Origin: Bugula neritina
Lineage: Eukaryota > Animalia > Bryozoa
NCBI GenBank assembly: GCA_964035545.1
Contig: OZ037769.1
Coordinates: 2,046,001-2,110,000, forward strand
DNA: 64,000 bases
Direction: 5' to 3'
Position 1 is the first letter of the stretch; each line of letters begins with the position of its first letter. This document shows positions 1 to 12,900 of the stretch, in pieces. The notes under the pieces are model-generated. The model made no database searches. It had not been told where the DNA came from and saw only the letters and a list, made by a program, of their open reading frames with translations. A program made the position numbers and the translations under genes.

Positions 1-202
1 ATAATTTATGTTTCTGTCAGCTTGTTTTGCAGTTTGCAGAGTTATAGTCTTTGGGGTGTACTATACATTAACATGACAAATAAGTGCAGTAAAACTAAAC
101 ATTGTATATTAAGCCTTAGATCCTATTAGACTTTTGTATGTCAAAAATAAAAGTCATAGAAACAAATAAAACAATGTCCATAGACATAATGAAGTTCTCT
201 TC

Positions 203-3200
203 CTAATTTTCCTGATCCGATACATCAACTGGCAGTTGTTGCTTCTGATTTATTTGTGCATCTTTAGAGAGATGAGGAGTTATTGTCCTTGGTGCAGGGA
301 CTGGCTGTGCTTCTTCTGAAGTACTAGGGGCTGAATTGTTTGGTATAATATAATATCCGGAATCTAGCAACTCTGAGTCACCATCTGTGTCAGCTGTGAC
401 ATTTGCACTGGTAGTAGCTACTGTAGCTTGAGTGGGCGTTTTATTTATTCTTTCAGGTGCCTGGTCTGTGCGATGTAATGGGTTGGGTGGCAGAGGTTTT
501 AAAGTAATTTCTATAAAGTAATGATTTGGTGCATTTAAAGTTTCAATTGATTAAAACAGAAATGAACACACATAAATACTTAGCAAATATAAAGAATGCT
601 CATGTAAATAATTAATACAATTTAGCTGCATGTAAGCAAAAGATTTTGTGTAGGGCCACACCACGTTTGTTTTTAAACTACGTCATCCGATTTGGATATT
701 AAAAAAGCGGAAATGCAAACTACATAAAACTGTTTTAATTCAGCTCGCTAGAAGTTAAAATGTAAATTAAAATAAAAAAATGTGCTCGCTAAATATTACA
801 TGGTAATAAGCCAATTCGATCAAACTGTGTCGCACAAGTGCATATGTCGCACTTCTCACTCAGCATGTTAGACGCTTGAAAATCCTCACGCGACGTCCAA
901 TTTTTGGACTAAATGGGATTTCTCGCGTCGTGTGGCCCTACATTTAATGAACAAAGCTCGAGATGATGAAATAAAGAGGTAATGAAAAATAGAGGGCCTA
1001 TTTCCTTACAAATGAGAAGTTTTTATGCTGCCATCACTGCCTACAAATTTTGGACTTAATGCAAATATCAAAGCCATATACAATTTGAGTTTTTCTTGCA
1101 AAATGCAACTCACCATCAACAGCCTGTCTGCCAGAATTTCCAGTTAGCCAATCATTACTCCTCTTTCCGTTGTAAGGCAATGAATAGGTAGCTTCATCTG
1201 TGAATTTGTTGAAAAAAACAAGTTTAAGCATTTTAAAAGGCTAATTTTTATGTGCACAATAACAATAGTGTATATTAATAGTGTATATTACATGTTCACA
1301 CTTGCTATAAATCTATATATTGCTGCGCATTTCTATGAAAATTTTATTGAAGTATAAAATATAGTAATATCAAATTTTATCAATTCAAAACGTGACTTTA
1401 GAAAACTAAAAATAGATTTACAGCAAGTTCTCAAGAACTTTTTGCAACTTAGTAAATTGAACATTCACTGTATTTGTTAGTATGTTAACTAAAAGAACTG
1501 CAACAGGCAACAAAGTCACTTACTAGGAAGATTGGATGAAGTTCCACTTGCAATGTAGACGTGACTTCCTTTATTGGACAAACCTTTAGACATTTTTTGT
1601 GACTGTCCTATTAAGAAGATACAACAAAAACATTTATTGTTTTCTCTAAAATATATTAATTGTAGACAAACATTTACTTTGCTCATCAGCAGATTTTGAT
1701 ATATTTCAAAAACATATATTACTTATATATTTCAGTCAACAGCTTTTGCTTTTCTTCACAAAATTATTAGTTTTATAAGAAAAATTTTGAAACCACCATC
1801 ATTAGGAAGTTCAACTTAGATTGAAAATGTTCTTGCTCTCATTCAATAACGAGGTGAAAGGTGCATATGCTTAATATATAAGTGACTTTCTATACCTTTG
1901 TTTTTGATGACAAGCAAAATGACTGCAATGACAAGAAGTAGGATGACTGTCCCTAAGCAAATCGCAATTGCAATGGTCTGTTGGTTAGCCTTTGTTGGTA
2001 CAGCTGTACTGGAAAAGTCACTTTTCCCCTGACCAGGGCACAAACTTGCACAACGAGGATCACATGATCTGCTTACTAAAATGTCTTGTATAATTTCTAA
2101 AGAACCAGAGTCATCAGTTTTGTAAAACATTGGTACGTCTGAGTCATTTGGTACAGAGATGCCATTGTTGGAATCAAACTCATAAATTAGCACGTAGTGA
2201 TATTTTGAAGTGCCAGGAATCAACTGTTGGGAGAAAACTTGATAACCACTGTTTCCATCTAAGTTTGCATCAAAAGGTGAGAGTCCCGCATCTCCACTCG
2301 TCTCAGAGCTAGAATCATTTTGAGGAATTCTTACTCTCCCAATATTATACTTCAGTTCTTGTGAAGAATACAGTGTTCTATCAAGTAGCTTACTGCAAGT
2401 TTTAATACTTTGACCTTCACATTCACGATCAGCATAATTCATGAACCCATATACTAAAGAGTAAATTGACTTTAAAGTGTAGAGGGCATAAATTTCGACA
2501 TTTGTTTCTGCACCTTCCATGATATAAGATTCATTGGTGGGACAAATATTAACTGTAGAGGAAGTGAAGGAACCTCGGACCTTGCAAGCTCTCTTTGTTT
2601 CATACATCATTACAGTCCAATGGTTTGAGGCAAGGCTACTAGCTCTTATACTTGATAAATGGTTTTGAAACTTGTTTACCTGTAAGAAAAATTTACAAAC
2701 ATTTAAAAAATTAGTACAATTATTTATTTGTTCTAATTCCAATACCTCATAAACTAATAAAAGAGTAAACATAATTTTCAGTATGTGAGAGAGTTGAAGG
2801 CACAATACATTTTAGGTGACACATAGTTTATATATTTTGATTACTATATTTACTTGAAATTCTGGTTTCACTTTAAAGGTGAGAGATCCTCTTAGAATGT
2901 GCCCATATTTCTCTAAAAGAGATATTCTATTCTCCCACACTTCTGTCATTATAAATATGCTGCCACTTTTCTTCCACCAGTTCTCATGTACAAACTTCAT
3001 ATTGTCTAAGAGATCTCTGATTGGCTGAAAAGTATAGTTGAAATTACCAGAAAATTTGAATAAAAAACCTCTGATTGATATATTTATTTTACTGATAATT
3101 ATTCAATAATTTTTAATACTTTATGCAAAACTTTGGATTTTACTGAGAAGTAGTCATTATGAAACTTTATAGTATGAATAATAAATTCTGTAATGTTTTT

Positions 3201-6200
3201 CATTTAACATGGAGCAAATAATTTTTGATCACTTTAATAATTAGCGCCTACCTTTTCTTCCCCAGAGTATATGATCACAAAACTATTCTTCTTTTGAGAC
3301 TGCAGAGTGGACCAAATAGAGTTGTACGTGTTGGTAGTTTCTTCTCCCAAATAACTTAGTTGAAAAGACTCAATTATGCAGTAGTTAGACTTGTTTAAAT
3401 GGCTTCTTACAAGCTGCAAAATGGTAAAAACCTCAAGTTCAACATTTTAAGTTTGAAAGAGATTTTGCTACGAAATAACTTTCAGGCAATATTGGCTTAC
3501 TGAATTTAGCTCCAGAATTTCAGATCTGCGAAAAATTAACTGTACTCAGTGCCGATCAATCAACACAAAGTAGCTATAATCACGGTTTCTAATCCACACA
3601 ATAAAAACTTTAAGTTTGCTATTTGTAGCTTTGCTACTATATATACAAAGCTTATAGCTATAAGTTTTGGGGAGCTTTAAATAAGTGTTTCTGTTTCTCA
3701 ACTACATACTGCTACAGTAACAGCAAATGGGCCAACCTCTGCTGTAGTCTCCCCATACAAAGAGTCTGTGTTCATCAGCACCACGGAATTTATATCAGTT
3801 CTCCCAGCGGAGTTCAGGTTGTTTAGTAATTTTATCAGATTTGCCGTAATTCTGGTTGTAGACGGATGAGTCCGCAGGAAGTGGGTGAACTCAGTCTTGT
3901 CATCCAGTTGCCATGTCGCCGCACCATAAGCTACTTGAATAATGTTAGCAGGAATCATCAGTCTCTGCTCCTGTAATTCAAGTTTAAAAACTTACAAGTA
4001 AAGGTCAAGCTTATAGTAAAACATAAACTTTTCCAATGTTGAAATATGTTTTATGTTAGCTTTATGGCAACCTGACTAGTTAAAAACTACAAAACACAAA
4101 AAAAATTATACAATAAACTTAGAGATAGCGCTTAAATTTCAGTAGAGCAATAATAAGTGAGACAGTTTACCGTAACAGATATGTGACTACTGTAATCTCC
4201 AACCAGTCCAATGATCTTTGACCGATCTAGACATTGCTCTTTGTTACAGTATTCTGTTGTACCATTTAGCACATCTGTGAGTAACTTCTGAGTAAGAGCT
4301 GTGTTGAAGCAGGTGTCAAGAATTAGCAGGCCTAAATTGAGACCTTTATCTTGAAAGAGTTCATTTAGTCGTGTCCTAGCAAACGTAGCAGCTTCAGCTC
4401 TCAGCGATGCTTCTGCGTTGAACTTCTGACAGCTCCATAAATCAGGATATTCATTGAAACTGCAAAGTATGAAGCCGTTGTTTTTCTAGTACCAATCTTG
4501 TTTGCCTTATGTAGGTCAAACCTAAATATTGCATAAAAGCAGTGTTTGTTTGCAAAAAAAATAAGATTTTCGTGATAAGTTTTATAAACTGAGGTTTTCC
4601 TTAAAACAGATTTCTTAAGATATTTAAACTTCTGCTCAATTATCCTAACCTACCTGTCATGAATAGGCATAGTGACAACTACAATAAAGTCTCCTGGCAG
4701 GTAGATGTAATCTGGTACAGGTAGTTGCTGACTACACTTTACTCGACAGCTCTCACTGGTACACCACATGTCTGTGTTCATCTCTGCCCTGGAGTCCACC
4801 ATAGACCAACCACTGGAAGGGATGTATGTCTCCTAACAAAAATGATATCAATTTTATTTTGAGGCATTTTTTTTAATATAATTCAATCCACTAGGGATCT
4901 TCTTTATAAGTTGGAAGTAATCAATTAATTGACTGTTCATTTTACCATTTACAAGATAATGCTTACAAATAGATCCATAACATTTAGATAAAAAATGAAA
5001 GACCTTCAGAACATCACCACCATAACAGATTCACAGGTCATTTTGTTAACACAAATTTAGAGATCAAGACAAAAAGTTCTAAATTCTAAATTTGTATTGA
5101 AGTATACATAAAAAATTTTACCCCTTCTGTTAGCTGGTAAAGTGGTATTTCTGGCTGTATTTGAAGAACATTTTTCATAAATCTGAGGCCGAAAGTTTCG
5201 TTATCATAATCTAAAGTTATGCTGATAGATTTCACTTTCTCATTGGTCAGCTTCTGTAACTTCTCAACTTTAAGGTTAGGGCAAACTCCTATTCTGCCTG
5301 AGCACTCACTATTCACCACTTCCTGTACGGAAGCAACCAATAAGCGCACTGCTGCTAAAGTTTGGAAGACGTTAGATCCAGCAGAGCTATTCAGCTGGTA
5401 CTGTTTTACAATGTGTATAGAGTCATGAGCACCAGCTAGAAACTCAAAGTCTTCTTTCTCTGGGAGTTCAGGAGAAACAATCTTAAAAAGACTGGAGCTA
5501 GTGGTATGAGTAGGGTTTACTAAAAGCAAAAGATAATAAAATTTCATTTTCGTTGTTTCAAGATCCAATCTGGTATAAAAAAGTTTGTGAAATTTTTTTC
5601 TATGGCATTTTTTGGTGGCATGAATAGAATTCACTAAAATATAGGCTAGCATTTATAAAAATTTGTTTTAAAAAATTATATCTTATATACTGATTGCAAA
5701 ATAATTTTTGTCACTATTCAGTGTTCTTTGGTCACAATATGTAAATGTTTCTCAAAAAACAGTCAGTCAAGTCAGTCAATAGAAAGTAAATAAGCAAAGT
5801 ATTCTTAACAACAAAATTTATATCACGTCACTGCGTTGTAAATTTTTCAGTATTACAAGTGATTTGCTGCTGCACACCATCTACTTCAGCTAAATTGCCA
5901 AGAACGTTATGAAAATATTATTACAACTTTCTGACCCTTTTTTTAACATTCTCTTCGTTGGCTTTTATGATTAAAACCTGACAAGGAAACATTTAGCAGA
6001 TGCTAAGACTGAAATATTTTACCACCAAAGAAATAACATTTGACTTGTTATTCATAAAAATGATTGATGTTGGCACAATTGTCTCTTAGGTTTTTAGCTC
6101 AAATTTCAACATTGCACCAGAAAAAAATGACAATACCTGTGGTAAATGATAATATTGTGGTTGTTTAACTCCTAGTATTACTAAAATTTCAACAGTAACA

Positions 6201-8939
6201 AATAAAGTTTGATGAGTTACAAAGCGATAAACTAACTTCAACTGAAAAAATGCTGAAAGTGGATTCTTTCTAACAGTTGATGCGCAAAAGAAAAGCTAAA
6301 ACTTACATTCACTTGGTGCTGACAGAATTATAACTCCCCGAGGTTTATCCGACCCTGTCACATTACGTATGAGTTGAGAGGAAGTGGCATCTTGGGGGAA
6401 CTCAATGTAGCTGTCTACACACACCCTCTTTTCTCTGAGTTCAACTTCCAGCAGCTGTCTCAGAGCTCTACCGGAAGTTGTGGAGCCATAAGCCACTGTT
6501 GTATAGTCCCAGTTCAACTTGACTGCTAACTCTGCTATTGCCTAGCAACATGGAGTTTAATTTTGCAATATTTTATTCTTAGAAAATATTAAAAGATAGT
6601 TAGTATGTAAAATAATTTTTTAGTGTTAAAAATGCACTACTTTCAAAGCTTTCTTTATTGCTTCTCTATTTTGATGGACGATTTTAAGTTTTACTTTACA
6701 CATTACAGCTTCTGTAAAAAATTGGTAAAATCTTTAGTCAAAAATATAGGCAATTAAAAGTAGAATCTCACTTTGGCCCTCCACTTCAAAAGAGGGCTGG
6801 TATAATATAAGTTGTCATCATAAATAGTTGAGTCTGAAAATTCTTCAAAGCTTATGTAAGGAATTCCAGTAGATCTCAGTACTAATTGATGAATCTTTAG
6901 CAAGCCAACACTATCAATCACGCCTAATAAGTAATAGCATATTTTGACAAATGGGCAGATATAAACGAGACAGATCCAACAATGTTCATTAATTTGCTAA
7001 AGAGCTTTATATCAAAATCAAATGATAAAGTTTTTTCTTGAGCACCATTTTGTTTTGCAAACCAATTGTTCTTTTATAAATTATGTAGTTATCGACCTAC
7101 TGCATGAGATAAAAAAAATGTTCAGTCAATTAGGTGTAATATCGTGATGGAGTAAATGTATATAATCATATATATATAGAACATAGAATCCAGGCAATAT
7201 TATACTAAAATCTTGAAGTTTTGAATATTTGTTAAAAAATCCTTACAGTCTAGACAAATTTAAAAAAATACAAATATTTGAAGCTTGAAATATAATAAAA
7301 AACTAAATATAAGATAATATTAGCTTCCTGTCAGCTATTTTTAAACCAACAAACCAATGAGTGTGCTGTTAGCATAGGACACTGTGCTTTTAACTCCTTC
7401 ACATGATTCTCTTAGCAAAACTTGATTAGAGATCTCTGTGCTCACTTTGATTGCAGAATTGGAGTCACTCCTACAGACTGAGAGGACTTGTACTCCTAAC
7501 ATGCAAAACCAAACAATGTAAATAAAATTCTACAGCATATGATGATGAGTTAATAAATTTAAATTTGTCATGCTATTGAACTAAAAAACCATTTGTTATT
7601 TTTAAAAGAGCATATAATTTCAATCACAAAAAAGCCACTTCACATGAATTGCATGTTATGACTCCAGTAAAATTAATTTAAATTTATTTTTTAGTTTTAG
7701 TAAGTGCAAATTTACTTCGACCATTATTATAATCAGATAAATTGTTCAAACTCTTTTGCCTTAAGCTTAACTAATTTATCTCTGTTCATGCATGAAATAG
7801 CTTACTTCTAATTGGCTGGTAAATGCTCACAAGCAATAAAACATAAAGGATTTCCAGTTAACAAACACTAAACCCACTCACCAAAATTCAATGATTGTTC
7901 ACTGTTGATACTATTCAAAGTTTCCTTGACTTTCTGTACTTTGGCTGATGCCGGTCTATTTTGATTGGCTAAACAGTCAGCGTTTTCTCCAGTAATAAAT
8001 ATTATGTGGAAGTCTGAATCTAAAATAGTAGTGAAAAGTTGCGATACATATATAGACAATATTTGAAGCAATACCATGAAGTAATTACTTGTCAAATATA
8101 TTTGACTTTTTGGAAACAAATCATATATCTAAAAAACAAAACTATATTGAGTTTTCTAACTCTCATGAGTTGTTACGCCAGCATTTTTCTCTTAACTACA
8201 TAGACATAGTGTCTAGCTAACATTGGTGCAGCAAAACAAGCAGATGTTATATTATGATGCTAAAATGGAGCATTTATTAAACGCAATTTATCTATTTTAA
8301 TAGAGAAATTTTTAGACAGGTTTGCATATATGATGCATTTTAAAGAGAACCAGAAATTAAACAGTGCAACTTTTACTAAACATTATATTTTGCTAGCTGA
8401 TACAGTTAATTATTATTTATATTTTAATCACTAGCTTTTAACAATTATAAAATTAGAAAGTTATTATAGTTGCCTCATAATTCTTTGATTATTGCTTAAA
8501 CACAACTATACTTGTAATTTAATATATGACACCAGATTATGTTTCAACAAGTTATAATAAAATTGACCCTATTATAGTATAATTATTGTAATGTATTATA
8601 TTATATTGTAATGTATTATGATGGTCATAATATATTATATTATTCAGTAGCTATCAGTACACTGTAGTGTGCATGGCATTTTTAGTTTCAGCTTACATGC
8701 TTGCCCAAAGCGCTTTATACAAGCAAGTGGACTTTAAAATTTTTTTTAATGTGCAAATTCAAGAACATTGATTTTAAAAACAGATATTGTAAATAAGTGC
8801 TGAATATCTAATGCAAAATGAAAATATTACTTTTAGGTTTACCTTGAGAGACTGACTGCTTTAAGCATGTTTGAGTGCTGACGAGGTCAGTTATGCATAA
8901 TCCTACAACAGCAAGTACAATTTGAATGAGTTTTCTCAT
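203..8939 (-). CDS. Receptor R1: signal peptide + two tandem class C (mGluR/CaSR-like) Venus flytrap domains + single TM helix + Tyr/Pro-motif cytoplasmic tail (15 exons, ~1150 aa)
   Basis: Hand-spliced GT-AG exons with consistent phases, approx. 8939-8843 (MRKLIQIVLAVVGLCITDLVSTQTC, signal peptide), 8020-7880, 7495-7355, 6924-6772, 6542-6306, 5520-5122, 4832-4654, 4459-4171, 3971-3738, 3413-3252, 3024-2854, 2679-1896, 1607-1524, 1198-1112, 510-203 (stop TAG at 203-205). mGluR/CaSR-like motifs: YLPGDFIVVVTMPIH, LGLLILDTC, IIGLVGDYSS, IIQVAYGAATWQLDDKTEFTHFLRTHPS, NWDYTTV, DSLYGE, IMTEVW, FDANLDG. TM helix IAIAICLGTVILLLVIAVILLVI followed by KNK. Confidence 0.85.
653..938. mobile_element. MITE (~290 bp) in the last intron of R1
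   Basis: Terminal inverted repeats GGGCCACACCACG (653-665) and CGTCGTGTGGCCC (926-938), one mismatch. TA on both flanks (651-652, 939-940). Non-coding, CpG-richer interior. Confidence 0.75.
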
Positions 8940-9906
8940 TTCTAAGTATGTCCTAATATCTTGGTAGTTACTGAACTATAATATAAAAGTTACTATCCAC
9001 TTTTTTACAAAGTTTTAACTTTTGATATACAGCTACTAGACATAAATAATTGCCTAAGTAGCTTAACTATATTTTAATCTTTATTAATGATTTAAAACCC
9101 ATCTGTAGTGTTGAGTTTACCCATGCAGTAGCCCCTTTAAATTTCAACAGGGAGGAGTGGGGAGCAAACTTTTATATGATTGATCATTTGTAGATAAAAC
9201 ATTATTTGGGCCATATAACTTAATTACAGTAGATATAGTTTAGCTTTTTATATAACCTTTGTAATGCACTCGTTTTATTAAAGGAATACCCTAATAAGCT
9301 CTTGTTATATTATAGAAACAATATTGTTTTGTGTGGCATGCAAGCATGCCTTTGTTTCTATTCATTTTCTTTTACTCACAGAATAATTTATTCACTGCTA
9401 GAAACTTGATTTAGAAATAATTACTTCAGTTACTTGAGATTACTAATGAAAATCAATCAAACTTTTCACTACTCATTGTCGCACTGGATATGCAAGTGAA
9501 ATGTTGCAGAAAGAAAGTGGTGCAAAATTTATATGCAGTGCAAGAGGGTTTATGTGCAAAAACATAGTTATTTAACATAAAAAACATATATTTTCATAAC
9601 AATAAATAAATTAAAAGCTATTCTCATCATGTGTGATATAAACAACCATTAACATGTTACACATATTATTATGATGCATGGCCATACTGGCATCATTTTA
9701 TAACAATTAGTCAGGTGGAAGAAACTTGTGTTGTTAAAAGAGCATTGTGTGCTCAAGTAAGCACAAAAATATTGTTTTAGTAATAATAAGCTAACCGCAT
9801 TATACTTTTTTATAATACAGAGATTGTCGTCTTAAATATACATAATATGAACAAAAAATGGAAAATATAAATATAATTTTTATAGAAATAAAATAAGGCT
9901 GCTTCT

Positions 9907-12900
9907 TCAACTTTCTTCATCAGATTCACCAACTGAAGGTTGTTGTTCATTGTTTACCGAGTCCTCTTTAGATGAGCGGAGAGTTGTTTTCCTTGGTATT
10001 GGTATGGGTTTTTCCTCACTAAGAGTACTCCAGTAGGGGTTATTTGGTATGATATATGTAGAGTTTACTGACAGAGGTCGCTCGTTGGATGGGGTGTTAA
10101 ACTCATCAACTGGGTTATTGGTGCTAATCGGGGTACCAGTTGTGACCTGCGTGGGATTGTGGTAGGAGCTTGAAGTTGTCTGGGAGAGACGGTGTGGTGG
10201 GAGAGGTGCAGGCATAGGAGGTAATTCTAAAAAATCAACAACTGCAATTTTTATTTTTCATTATGAAAGTAGAAAAAACACCAGATAATTTAAAAGACCT
10301 CTTAAAATTCTGCAGCCGTTATTTGTCTAGTAGACAGTAAAAGAAATTTTCCAACTGATAAAATTAGACATTTTCATGAAAAAAATGAAATTAAACAAAA
10401 TTCAGCGTCTTAAATTTTCAATTGCTTTGATAATAATGCTACCAACAAAATCATGTCATTCATTTCTTCTAGCAATCGGTTTATAGTTGAAAAGTAATTA
10501 TGAAGTTGATCTCTTCATAGATTGTTACAAATATCAAAGAAACTAAATGGAAGTTTTAGCTGACATCAGAAAATGACTCACCATCTGCAGGCTGTCTACC
10601 AAAATCTCTCATAGACAGGTTATCTCCCCTGTTTTCACCATAAGGTAGTGAATAGGTTCCCATATCTGTAAAATATAGCAGTTCATTTTTGGGTAAAAAA
10701 GGCCAATAGATAGTAAATGTTCAGTTTTATAACTTTATTATATATACGGTTAAATGCTGTCAGAAAGCAGTTGCACAAAGAGTAAATATAAAACATTTGA
10801 AATCTCACGGCTACAGAAATACCTACATGAATGACTGTATTGGCTTCCACTGGCAAGATAAACATGAGTTTCCTTTTCGGTATCTTTTGGCTTTTGACAT
10901 GGCATTCCTATTTAATAGAAATTGTAAAAAAAGTGAATAAGTTTCTTGACAAATAAACTACTTTATTTTTTGCATTTGATAGTTAATTTAGTGTAGTACA
11001 TGTCAGTTTTTCTTCTCTAGAAATTAGTAAAAATATTTTGCACTCATTCAAAAAATGAAAGTTTTGAGAGCATGAAACCTGTCTATTTTGTCAATTTTAT
11101 TAGCTAATAAATTCTCATAAGGTTATATTATATTAAGAATAAAACATTTAATTCTACTATACCTTTTTTTTTGACAGCTAGCAATATGACTGCAATGAGA
11201 AGAATTAGAATGACTATTCCTGAGCAAGTGGCAATAACAATGATCTGTTGGTTAGCTTTGCTTGGTGCAGCTGTACTGTCACTTTTCTCTTGACCAGGAC
11301 AGAAACTTGCACAATGAAGATCACATGACCTGCTTACTAAAACATCTTGTACAACCTCTGAAGAACCAGAGTCATCAGTTGTGTAGAAAACTGGTACGTC
11401 TGAGTCATTTGGTACAGAGATGTCATTGTTGGTATTAAACTCATAAACTAACACATAGCGATAGTTTGAAGTGCCTGGAATCAACTGTTGGGAGAAAACT
11501 TGGTAACCACTGTTGCCATCCAAATTTTCATCAAAAGGTAAGAGTCCCGCATCCCCACTCGTCTCGGAGCTAGAATCATTTTGAGGAATTCTTACTCTCC
11601 CAATATTATGTTTTAACTCTTGTGAAGAATACAATGTTCTATCAAGTAGCTTACTGCAAGTTTTAATACTTTGACCTTCACATTCACGATCAGCATAATT
11701 CATGAACCCGTATACTAAAGAGTAAATTGATTTTAGAGTAAAGAGAGCATAAATTTCAACATTAACTTCTGAACTTTCCATTGCATAGGATTCATTGGTG
11801 GGGCAAATGCTAGCTGTAGAGGAAGTGAAGGAACCTCGGACCTTGCAGCTTTTCACTGTTTCATACATGGTTGTAGTCCAAAGATTTGAGGCAAGGCCAC
11901 TAGGTCGTATGCCTAACAAATGATTTTGAAATCCGTTTACCTGAAATAAAACTTAAATGATTTGTCTGGAGAAATAAACACTCAAACGTAATCTAAGGGC
12001 TTATTATTTATACACAGTTAGCTAACACAATGTGTCCACCAGGCAATTTGCGGATGCTCATTTTGTATTTTAAGAGTTGTCATCACAACTAAATATTTTG
12101 ATTAAAACATATTAATCTAAATGTATGCTCACTTGAAATTCTGGCTTCAGCTTGAAGGTGAGGGATCCTCTTAAAATGTGCCCGTATCTCTCTAAAAGAG
12201 GTATTCGGTCCTCCCACACTTCTGTCATTATAAATATGCTGCCGCTTTCTTTCCACCAGTTTTCGTTTACAAACTTCATATTATCTAAGAGGTCTCTGAT
12301 TGGCTAAAAAAAAGTTAATGTTGCTAGAACCAATGCAGTTTCTAAAAAAACAGTTTTTACGCATATCTAAATCCGCTATGCTGAAGCACAACAGCAATTT
12401 ATGATGTGAAAAAATTGATGAAAGAACTATTTTAGTTGAGTAATTTAATATTTTTTAAAATCACATCATCTTATGAAATTTAGTTTGATATTGTATTGAG
12501 GACTATTTATTTTAAAAATAACTTGTGCACCGAAAACATTTACAAAGATTAGCTTGTATTTTTATAAGTTCTTGAAAATACACCTAATATTTCAAAACTT
12601 ACAATACATAATAAACTGTAGCATGTGCTTTACATAGCATGGAGCATCTAAGTTGTATCACTTTTAAATAGTATCATACCTTCTCTTCCCCAGAGTATAT
12701 GATGACAAAACTTCTTTCACTGTAAGACTGTAGAGTGGACCAAATAGAATCATATGTGCTGGTAGTTTCCTCTCCCAAAAAACTTAGTTGAAAGGACTCA
12801 ATGATGCAGTAGTTAGACTTGTTTAAATGACTTCTTACAAGCTACAAAATAGTGAACAGTTATATGGAATACTATGCTTCTTACAGCACAGGTTTACACT

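Noticed and set aside
5880-5980. Possible extra R1 exon (VLIIKANEENVKKRVRKL)
   Set aside because: It runs into a stop, has no counterpart in R2, and exons 5 and 6 already join in phase.
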